Assembly: GCA_003144275.1 (NCBI GenBank)
Contig: NJBF01000007.1
Location: forward strand, 9,994-41,993
Origin: Candidatus Heimdallarchaeota archaeon B3_Heim
Lineage (GTDB): Archaea; Asgardarchaeota; Heimdallarchaeia; Hodarchaeales; Hodarchaeaceae
Length of the DNA: 32,000 nt
Direction of reading: 5' to 3'
Below are positions 17,656 to 25,716 of this stretch, in pieces. Made by a program: the position numbers and the translations under genes. The first letter of the stretch is position 1; the number at the start of each line of letters is the position of its first letter. The notes under the pieces are model-generated. The model was given only the letters and a program-made list of their open reading frames with translations. It was not told the DNA's origin and did no database searches.

Positions 17656-17783
17656 TATAAGCAGAATTTGTAACTTTTTACAGGCTAACTTAGTTAGTTT
17701 AATAATTTTATTTCAGAGTCTATCGGCTTGTAAGATTCTTACTCTTATTTCTGATGAATTATATTGAATAGACCATCCTTTAT

Positions 17784-18436
17784 TTAATTAAAGATCTGTT
17801 CAAGAAATTTTTTATAATTTTCAGGTTCATTCACAGATGACAGATGATTTTGGAGATACTTAACATCGGTGGGAGTGTCTAAATCTCTTGCGCATGGATC
17901 TAAATCTAATATTTCAAATTCTATATGATTCATTTGTGCAGATTGGACATATCTATTTTTACTCTTCAACCCAAAACTGAATGGAAGTAATTCAGGATGT
18001 CTCATATAAAGCATAGCAGTCCCCTTTTTCTCTCCTATCCCCGAAATTGAGGGAACTATCAATAATTCTACATTCTGAGCGCGTTTCAATAATACGTGAA
18101 GACATTTGACAGAAAAAAACGGAAGATCTGGCATTATAATAAGTACTGCTTGTGTCGGGGGTAGTTTTTTACTTGCTTGAGAAAGGGCCTTGTTTAAATC
18201 TGTGCCTTCATCAATATAAGTGAAGTCAGCCCCTAGTTCCAAGCTAAGATCTATTATTTCCTGTGATGGGGAAATTACGCCGAAAGATATACCCCTCCTT
18301 TGAACGACTCTCATTGTCTGCTTGAATATAGCTTTTACTAAGCTTTCAATCGCGTGATTTCGTGTTGAGGCCAGCGTGGATTTAATACGCATTTTTGTTC
18401 TTGTAATTTCCTTAATGGGAATTAAAACTAAAACAT
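17784..18436 (-). CDS. cofC: 2-phospho-L-lactate guanylyltransferase-like (CofC); called ORF 17784..18392 lacks the conserved N-terminus
   Basis: VLIIMPDLPFF, GEKKGTAMLY, HPELLPFSFG; in-frame upstream translation gives DVLVLIPIKEITRTK-MRIKSTL, matching the family N-terminus. Neighbour of cofD. Confidence 0.75.
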
Positions 18437-18496
18437 CTGAAGCCGTTTGCTACTCAACACCTATTATCTGTTGATTTGGGAGAATCGAATAGATTC

Positions 18497-19252
18497 CTAA
18501 AAATCTTTTACCAAGGAGCAAAAAAAACTATTGTTCTTTGTTGCAGCTCGAGCTACTGAAAAATAATCGGCACCTGTTTTTAAAATAGCCTCAGCACTCT
18601 CTAGGTCAACTACTGAATTATTACCAATCACTTCAGTTTGGCTGAATCGCACAAAGCTGGTTAGAAGATTTAAATCTGTACCGGCCATTCCAGTTTGATA
18701 AGAATCTACGTGCAAGTAATCTACTCCCCAATTATTAACCAATTGAGCGAATGAACGGGGATCTACAGTATTCCCACGAATTTTTAAAGAAATAGTAAAA
18801 TCCTTGGATTTAAAAATTGATAGAACGTGAGATAATATTTCAGGCCGATAAATCAAACTTTGGCCTCCTCCGTTTTCTACAAATTCTTGTTGTCTACAAT
18901 GAGCATTTACTTCGATAATTGGACTGGAGGAAATTCTTTCTGAGAGCTCTCTAGCAAAAGATTTAGTGTCTTCTGGATCATTTATCCTTACATTTACAAT
19001 TGTATTAGATATTGATGTAAGATTTTCTAATTCATGAGCAATGTAATCTGCCTCTTCTCCCAATTGCATCATAAATTCAGTACGTCCCCGTTGAGTTGAT
19101 TTAACTGCAGCATTTATCATTTCTTTACCGATTGAATATCCCCCAATTGTCACCTTTCCTAAACAGCCTGTGTCATAAAACCTAGCGGCAAACTCTCCAT
19201 TTGTAATCCCAGCCATTCCTGCTAATATCACTTGTGAAGGGGAAATTTTCAT
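18497..19252 (-). CDS. Dihydrouridine-synthase-like FMN TIM-barrel protein (archaeal branch)
   Basis: ILAGMAGITNGEFAARF, IIEVNAHCRQQEFVENGGGQSL, FTISLKIRGNTVDPRSFAQLV, GADYFSVARAA. Confidence 0.75.
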   Translation of the reverse strand: MKISPSQVILAGMAGITNGEFAARFYDTGCLGKVTIGGYSIGKEMINAAVKSTQRGRTEFMMQLGEEADYIAHELENLTSISNTIVNVRINDPEDTKSFARELSERISSSPIIEVNAHCRQQEFVENGGGQSLIYRPEILSHVLSIFKSKDFTISLKIRGNTVDPRSFAQLVNNWGVDYLHVDSYQTGMAGTDLNLLTSFVRFSQTEVIGNNSVVDLESAEAILKTGADYFSVARAATKNNSFFCSLVKDF

Positions 19253-19253
19253 T

Positions 19254-20186
19254 CTAAAACTCTTCCAATAAGATGTTTAGAATTTGCTGTGCATCAGTTT
19301 GAGTTTTAATGATAATATTGCCAAATAAGGCTTTAACTCCTAATTTTTGGGTCGCACTTTCAAGATTACGGTCAGATTCATGTAAGAGAATGCCATCTAA
19401 AAAGTCGTGAAAAAGTTTAACGACTACAATCGGAGAAGTTTCATAATTCCATGCATGAAGAAATTTGGCAGTAGGGCCAGAAAGGGCCGCATTTCCAATA
19501 ATTGGGCTAATCGCAAATTTTTGGGCTTTTGAGGTTCGGAGGGCATCACGAATAGGGGAGATTGCAACAATTGGTCCTAGGGAAGAAACGGGATTGCTAG
19601 GGCCTAAAATTATGCAATCAGCTGATTCAATTGCAGTAATGACTTCAGAAGTAGTAATGCTCAAATCACCCTCAAAAAAGACATTGAGTACATCTAAATC
19701 TCCCTTGTGTCTTACCCAGTATTCTTGAAGATGTAAAATCTCATTTTCAGTACGAATAATTGTTCTAATTGGCTGGTTAGCCATTGGAAGAATTCTTGAT
19801 TTGATATTCAAACGGTTTGCAAGTTGTTTTGTTGCCTCAGTCAAAGACAAACCTTGGTTTAATAACCACGTCCGAAATAGACATAGACCTGCATCCTGAT
19901 CTCCAAGATTGAACCAAACATCCTCTTTTAAGTTATTTTGTAACATTTTTACCATATTAAATGTATCATTATGAATACCCCACCACTTTGTTGAATCTAT
20001 CAGGTTTGCCAAGGTAAATAATATACTGTCAATATCAGGAGAGACATAAAGACCATAATATCGCCAATCATCCCCTGTATTTCCAATAACTGTAATATCT
20101 CGAGGATCAATAAGAGAATTGATACCTTGTAGTAATTTTGGGGTACCAGTCCCACCTGATAAAAAAACAATCTTTAATGAGCCCAT
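19254..20186 (-). CDS. cofD: 2-phospho-L-lactate transferase (LPPG:FO), F420 biosynthesis
   Basis: IVFLSGGTGTPKLLQGI, TVIGNTGDDWRYYGLYVSPDIDSILFTL, WFNLGDQDAGLCLFR, CIILGPSNPVSSLGPIVAI, AISPIIGNAALSGP. Confidence 0.97.
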   Translation of the reverse strand: MGSLKIVFLSGGTGTPKLLQGINSLIDPRDITVIGNTGDDWRYYGLYVSPDIDSILFTLANLIDSTKWWGIHNDTFNMVKMLQNNLKEDVWFNLGDQDAGLCLFRTWLLNQGLSLTEATKQLANRLNIKSRILPMANQPIRTIIRTENEILHLQEYWVRHKGDLDVLNVFFEGDLSITTSEVITAIESADCIILGPSNPVSSLGPIVAISPIRDALRTSKAQKFAISPIIGNAALSGPTAKFLHAWNYETSPIVVVKLFHDFLDGILLHESDRNLESATQKLGVKALFGNIIIKTQTDAQQILNILLEEF

Positions 20187-20274
20187 ATTGTCCCACTTTT
20201 ATCACAAAGTCTTTACCTCATAAATTCCTAATGACATTTAACTTGATTGTATGAAGTACATTATCTGACCTGTA

Positions 20275-21390
20275 ATGAATCAAACTATTCCAGAATGGGA
20301 CTTAATAATCCTTAGAGAGAATGATAGCTTAAATACACAAGTAGTTTGGCATGCTGCTGCATTAGCTAGAAGTCGGGGGATACAAACTCGTGATCTTATC
20401 ATTATCGATTGGCCCACTGATCCAATCGTGGTATGTGGGTTTCATCAAGTTATTGAGCGTGTGGTTGATATTGATTATTGTAAGAAACATGGAATTCCTA
20501 TTAGTCGCCGTGCTTGTGGAGGAGGGGCTGTTCTTTTAGATTCAAATCAGCTTTTTTATAATATCATTTCCCATATTGATTCCACGATTATTCCCAGGAA
20601 TATAACTAAGTTCTTCGAAAGAACACTTGAACCAGTGGCTCAAACCTACCGCCATTTCGGTATAGATGCGGAGTACAAACCTGTTAACGATATAATTGTC
20701 AATAATCGTAAAATTTCTGGTAATGGTGCCGGCTTACTTGAAAATGCTCAAATCTTAGTTGGTAATTTTATCTTAGACTTTCCTCGGAAAGAAATGGCCC
20801 AAATTTTAAAAGTTCCCAATGAGAAATTCCGCGATAAAGTAATTAAATCTTTGGAAGCAGGTATTAGCTCATTTCAAGACGAATTAGGATATATTCCCCC
20901 TCGTGATTCGATCATTAAGGAATATATCAAACAGGTTGAAACAGCTTTTAATATTCGTCTTGTTGAAACTCAGTTTGAACCAGGCACTCTTGAGCTTATA
21001 GAGGATCTTAGAAAAACTTACTTAACCGATGATTGGCTTTACCAAGTGAAGGCCCGAGGAAAACAACTTACTAGTAAAGTAAAGATACACGGATCTGCAC
21101 ATGTGGTTGAGGGGATGTATAAATCTATGGGCGGGTTAATAACGGTGATTTGTGAGTTTAATGATACTATACTCACAGACATTCTCATTAGTGGTGATTT
21201 TTGGATTCTTCCAGACACGGTTCTGCCCAAGCTTGAAAAATCGTTATTAAATCATGATCTAAAAAAAGGAGATCTTATTGATCAGATTGGTTCTTTCTTG
21301 GATGACAATGAATGTGAAACTCCCGGTACATCTGCCTCCGATCTGGCTCAGGCTATTCAGAACGCATTTGACAGTATTTCTAAATTATAA
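20275..21390 (+). CDS. lplA: Lipoate-protein ligase A family (biotin/lipoate ligase fold plus C-terminal accessory domain)
   Basis: VVCGFHQVIERVVDIDYCKKHGIPISRRACGGGAVLLDSNQLFYNII, DIIVNNRKISGNGAG; C-terminal VKIHGSAHVVEGMYKSMGGLI. Confidence 0.88.
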   Translation: MNQTIPEWDLIILRENDSLNTQVVWHAAALARSRGIQTRDLIIIDWPTDPIVVCGFHQVIERVVDIDYCKKHGIPISRRACGGGAVLLDSNQLFYNIISHIDSTIIPRNITKFFERTLEPVAQTYRHFGIDAEYKPVNDIIVNNRKISGNGAGLLENAQILVGNFILDFPRKEMAQILKVPNEKFRDKVIKSLEAGISSFQDELGYIPPRDSIIKEYIKQVETAFNIRLVETQFEPGTLELIEDLRKTYLTDDWLYQVKARGKQLTSKVKIHGSAHVVEGMYKSMGGLITVICEFNDTILTDILISGDFWILPDTVLPKLEKSLLNHDLKKGDLIDQIGSFLDDNECETPGTSASDLAQAIQNAFDSISKL

Positions 21391-21469
21391 AAGTCAATGA
21401 CTTTTACAGATAATTTCATCCGTTTCCTTAAATATCTAAGTTCCATTTCACTCAATAACAAGATTTATC

Positions 21470-24382
21470 ATGTCTATATTGATCATTGAGTGCGTAAGAA
21501 CCATGAAATTTTCCAAGATAAATCCAAATCGTATCGGACACTATTCAGGGAGTGAAAGGTTAGAAGATCCAACCTTAGAGGAGCCTGATGAAGATACAGA
21601 GGAAGTTGCTCATCGTTGGCATGACGATCCTGAAACTAAAAATAAAATGATTAAGGAAATGAACAATAAACTCAAAAAATGGGATCAAGACATATTTGGA
21701 AAGTATCCTCATTCCAAAATGTCGTTTCATTTAGTGGGACAGTCACACATTGATATTGCATGGTTGTGGAGAATTGAACAAACAAGGAAAAAATCAATTG
21801 TAACCTTCAAAAAAGCGGTTTTTCATACTAATCGTTTTCCAAAATCATATTGCTTTGCTCTTAGTGAACCAATTCTACTTGAGTGGATTTTAGAAGATGA
21901 TCCTGTATTGTTCAAAGATATTCAAAGAAGTGTTGAGAAAGGAGGAATAGAATTAGTTGGTGGATCTTACGTCGAACCTGATTGTATGATGCCCTGTGGA
22001 GAGGCAATGACTAGAAGTCGACTATATGGACAAAGGTTTTTCTTTAAGCATTTCAACCGTCTTCCAAAAGTTGAATGGTTTTTAGATTCATTTGGGTATT
22101 CAGCTGGCCTACCTCAAATTCTTAAGAAGAGTGGAGCTGAATATATATGGACAACAAAGTTATCGTGGAACTTACAAACCGATTTTCCATTTTGCAACTT
22201 TTATTGGGAAGGTGTCGATCACTCACAAATTCAAACTGGAATTTTTCCTATGAGTTATGGTTCTTTTGACAAATGGGATAAATTTGAGGTTGGTCATCAT
22301 CCTCTTAAACCTAATGTAACATATCGGGGAAATTATGAAAGAGATTATACTGATCTTACCCAATGGGTAGAAAAGGATGAGATCATTCCCCATATCGGAT
22401 TATTCTTTGGTTTGAGTGACGGAGGCCATGGGCCTACTTATGAAGAAGTCGCTCGGGCCAACACATTGGTGGAATTAAGTAACACATTTCATTGGAGTCG
22501 AGTAGAAACATTCTTTCAGAAAATAGAACAATGGAAGGATCGTTTTCCTATTTGGGCCGATGAATTGTATTTGGAGAATCATAGAGGATGTTTTTCAGTC
22601 CATGCTGAGGTTAAAAAGAAGAATCGGGAATTTGAAAATAAACTCATTTCAACAGAAATCCTAAGTACGATAAACTCTATCATCAAAAGTAACTCAAATC
22701 AAACACACACAGAAGAACTCGAAATAATTTGGAAAACTCTCCTTAAAAATCAATTTCATGATATACTTCCTGGAACATCGATTCCTGAGGTATATGATGA
22801 TGTTCACGAGGATTGGCTGTCCTCTGATCAGAAAATACAGTTAATTAAGGATGATATTAGTAGGAAGTTGAAAGGCCCCACCGAAAAATGTCAATTTGTG
22901 ATGTTTAATTCCCTCTCTTGGGAGCGAAATGCTAGGGTTTTTCTCCCGATAGATATAGTTAAAGGAAAAATCCCTCTTGATAACGATGGGTGTCCTCCTA
23001 AGGCAACTCTTACATATTTTAATCCAACCAAAATGACTGAGCTTGTGCAGCCAGTCTCGGCAGAACCAGAGGAATGGCTTGATGCCCGATCTGCAGGTTG
23101 GTGGACAATCATACGACTCTCAGCAACAAGTCTTACCCCAGGATATCTTTCTCTGAATGTAGAGATGGATAATGGTAAAGCAATAAAATCCGAACAGTAT
23201 TGCTTAGATAACGAATTAGTTAGTATCATACTTGACTCCAATACTGGTGGTATCCTCTCTCTAACTAATGTTTCAGTTGCAGACAATGCAAATTTACTAA
23301 TGGGTTCAAATAGTAATTTGACGGAGGCTTATGAGGATATATCCGATATTTGGCCAGCTTGGAATCTCACCTCTGAATACTGGAACCACCCAATTGAACT
23401 ATCTAATTCACAAGATGTACAAATCTTTCTACGTGATGCAGGCCCCATTTTTGCTACTATTGAAGTACAAAGAACCTTAGGAAATCCAAAAAATTCAGTC
23501 ACACAGCGTTATACTCTTTTTAAGGGACGAAAGGAAATTTTTCTTGATTACATTGCCGAGTGGCAGCAACCCCAAGTTATGTTGAAAGTGGGATTACAAT
23601 CAGCAACTAATGCAAATCGTTGCACAACTGATGTGATGTTTGGGGCTATAGAACATAGTACAGTTCCAGAAACACCCGCTGATAAAGCACGATTTGAGAA
23701 AATTTGTCATAAATTTTATGATTTAAGTACGCTCTCGAATGAATGGGGGATTGCTACTCTTAGCCAAGATAAATATGCTTTTAGTGTCACAAATGGTGAT
23801 AGCTCCCTCACAATGCTACGTTCTCCACCTTATTTTCCAGCTTCACCAGAAGCCTGGGTTCATGAAGAACGAGCTAAAAGAAAGGAAAAATACGGCACAG
23901 AGGTACCTGAGTATTCGGGTCTTGGTCCACTTCGTAGTCAGTATGCTTATCTTTCACATAAGGGAGGTTCACTTCTTACTCAAGATGAAAAACCCAATCC
24001 TGTTGTTCGACGAGCTGCAGAAGAATTTAATCAACCTGTACAGCTTCTCAAAATAACTTCTGAAAGAGACGAAGAAAAAACACAAGTTGTAGGAAAATCC
24101 CTAATTGAAATTGATTCGGCTATAGCGATGCTCTCAGCTCTGAAAATGAATGAATGGAAAACGAATGGTAATCTAGTAATTAGAATAGTAGAAATATTAG
24201 GAGTCGGTGGCAAAATACAGGTAAAATTTAATTCAATTATTCAAAGTAAGATTAAATTAGTTCGAGAAGTAGACTTACTTGAACGACCCGTATCAGAAAC
24301 AACAATAGAAAAGGAAGATTCAGGATTTACAATTACTTTAACCCCATTTGAGGCAAAATCTATAGAATTAATTATCTATTAG
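21470..24382 (+). CDS. GH38 alpha-mannosidase, cytosolic Man2C1-like
   Basis: FHLVGQSHIDIAWLWRIEQTR, GGSYVEPDCMMPCGEAMTRSRLYGQRFF, WFLDSFGYSAGLPQI, TTKLSWNLQTDFPFCNFYWEG. No evident signal peptide. Start 21470 or 21503. Confidence 0.93.
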   Translation: MSILIIECVRTMKFSKINPNRIGHYSGSERLEDPTLEEPDEDTEEVAHRWHDDPETKNKMIKEMNNKLKKWDQDIFGKYPHSKMSFHLVGQSHIDIAWLWRIEQTRKKSIVTFKKAVFHTNRFPKSYCFALSEPILLEWILEDDPVLFKDIQRSVEKGGIELVGGSYVEPDCMMPCGEAMTRSRLYGQRFFFKHFNRLPKVEWFLDSFGYSAGLPQILKKSGAEYIWTTKLSWNLQTDFPFCNFYWEGVDHSQIQTGIFPMSYGSFDKWDKFEVGHHPLKPNVTYRGNYERDYTDLTQWVEKDEIIPHIGLFFGLSDGGHGPTYEEVARANTLVELSNTFHWSRVETFFQKIEQWKDRFPIWADELYLENHRGCFSVHAEVKKKNREFENKLISTEILSTINSIIKSNSNQTHTEELEIIWKTLLKNQFHDILPGTSIPEVYDDVHEDWLSSDQKIQLIKDDISRKLKGPTEKCQFVMFNSLSWERNARVFLPIDIVKGKIPLDNDGCPPKATLTYFNPTKMTELVQPVSAEPEEWLDARSAGWWTIIRLSATSLTPGYLSLNVEMDNGKAIKSEQYCLDNELVSIILDSNTGGILSLTNVSVADNANLLMGSNSNLTEAYEDISDIWPAWNLTSEYWNHPIELSNSQDVQIFLRDAGPIFATIEVQRTLGNPKNSVTQRYTLFKGRKEIFLDYIAEWQQPQVMLKVGLQSATNANRCTTDVMFGAIEHSTVPETPADKARFEKICHKFYDLSTLSNEWGIATLSQDKYAFSVTNGDSSLTMLRSPPYFPASPEAWVHEERAKRKEKYGTEVPEYSGLGPLRSQYAYLSHKGGSLLTQDEKPNPVVRRAAEEFNQPVQLLKITSERDEEKTQVVGKSLIEIDSAIAMLSALKMNEWKTNGNLVIRIVEILGVGGKIQVKFNSIIQSKIKLVREVDLLERPVSETTIEKEDSGFTITLTPFEAKSIELIIY

Positions 24383-24448
24383 GACAAGAAGTGCAAAAGT
24401 TCACTCATTCAATTATTTCCAAACCAAGAATGCCTGATGACATAATTA

Positions 24449-24673
24449 TCAGTGCACGAAGGAAATTATTGTTAATTTTGCCCTTTTTTCTTCTTTAATT
24501 ATCTTTTTCTCCTTTAAAACGTTCAGAGCTTGAAAAAAATATAAGTTGGCTAATTTTGATTCTTTCTTGAGAGCCAACAATGTCATAGATCTATTGTTTC
24601 TTTGTAATACAGCAATAATAATATTCTTATTTTCAGAAAGCTGTTGATTCATCGCCAAAAAAATACCCCACAA
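24449..24673 (-). CDS. Small winged-helix/HTH-like protein
   Basis: ORF immediately downstream of the GH130 gene; NIIIAVLQRNNRSMTLLALKKESKLANLYFFQALNVLKEKKIIKEE looks like a short wHTH. Start may be internal Met (MNQQ..). Confidence 0.35.
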   Translation of the reverse strand: MWGIFLAMNQQLSENKNIIIAVLQRNNRSMTLLALKKESKLANLYFFQALNVLKEKKIIKEEKRAKLTIISFVH

Positions 24674-24691
24674 ATATGTTTGGAAAAAACC

Positions 24692-25597
24692 CTAAAGAGC
24701 CTGCATTAGCTTAGATTTATCAATAGTGGCAACTCCAATGACTTTATCTGCGCCCCCATAATATACAAAATACTTGTTTTCCTTTTCCACCACTCCACAG
24801 GTGAAACAAACATTTGGTACATCGCCATGGATTTCGTAATCTTCTTCTGGACTTAAAATTGGCTCTTCTATTATAGATATAATCTTACTGGGCTCATTTA
24901 AATCTAATAACATTGCACCCAAACTATAATGTAGGTTTTTGTCAACACCATGGTAGAATTCTAGCCACCCTTCTTCTGTCTTGATTGGTGGCGCACCAGC
25001 TCCGACCTTGAAATCCTGCCAAGTATTCTCTATAGGTGCGAAAAATTTTGTATGATCTGTCCAATTTTTTAAATCTTTCGAATAAGCTATCCACATATCC
25101 GGTTCAGGAGCACGATGCATCAAGACATATCTCCCATTGATTTTTTCAGGAAAGAGAACTCCATCCTTATCACGATATTCATTAATTATTGTTCCATGCC
25201 TTTCATAGTTCTTAAAATCAAGGGTTGAGGCAATACCAATATGAAATTCTACATCACCCACAGGTATCAATGTTTTGACCGCAGTATAGGTAATATAGTA
25301 TTTTTCATCTAAAAACGTAATACGAGGATCTTCAATCCCGAATTTTTCATACTCTGCTTCAGGGATCATATTTGGTTCTGCAAACTGCTCGAAATTATAA
25401 CCGTCTTTACTCAGAGCCAGACCGAATGTCGAAATATATGTTTCATAATTCCCAATTGCACGATAAAGCAATGCTACTTGGTCATTGTACATAGTTGCAG
25501 CACAATTGAAAACTCCCCCTTTTTCCCAATCATGATTTTTATTGGGTACAATGATAGGATTTTTAGTATATCTTGTTAAAGAAACCATTATTGTCAA
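24692..25597 (-). CDS. GH130 family beta-mannoside phosphorylase/beta-mannosidase
   Basis: TRYTKNPIIVPNKNHDWEKGGVFNCAA, GIEDPRITFLDEKYYITYTA, WQDFKVGAGAPPIKTEEGWLEFYHG, YFVYYGGADKVIGVA. Confidence 0.92.
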   Translation of the reverse strand: MTIMVSLTRYTKNPIIVPNKNHDWEKGGVFNCAATMYNDQVALLYRAIGNYETYISTFGLALSKDGYNFEQFAEPNMIPEAEYEKFGIEDPRITFLDEKYYITYTAVKTLIPVGDVEFHIGIASTLDFKNYERHGTIINEYRDKDGVLFPEKINGRYVLMHRAPEPDMWIAYSKDLKNWTDHTKFFAPIENTWQDFKVGAGAPPIKTEEGWLEFYHGVDKNLHYSLGAMLLDLNEPSKIISIIEEPILSPEEDYEIHGDVPNVCFTCGVVEKENKYFVYYGGADKVIGVATIDKSKLMQAL

Positions 25598-25716
25598 CCT
25601 TTTTCGTAAGAATTAATGATCAGAAAATTGACCAAAGCATGAACAGAATGAATTTGTTGAGCCTTAATCAAAATTATTTAAAATTCTTCATTTTTCTTGG
25701 GTGTTTACCCCGATTA

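Noticed and set aside
22891-23286. 131-aa minus-strand ORF
   Set aside because: Lies entirely inside the GH38 coding sequence on the opposite strand; no protein-family signal.
23739-24056. 105-aa plus-strand ORF
   Set aside because: Alternative frame inside GH38; low-complexity shadow translation.
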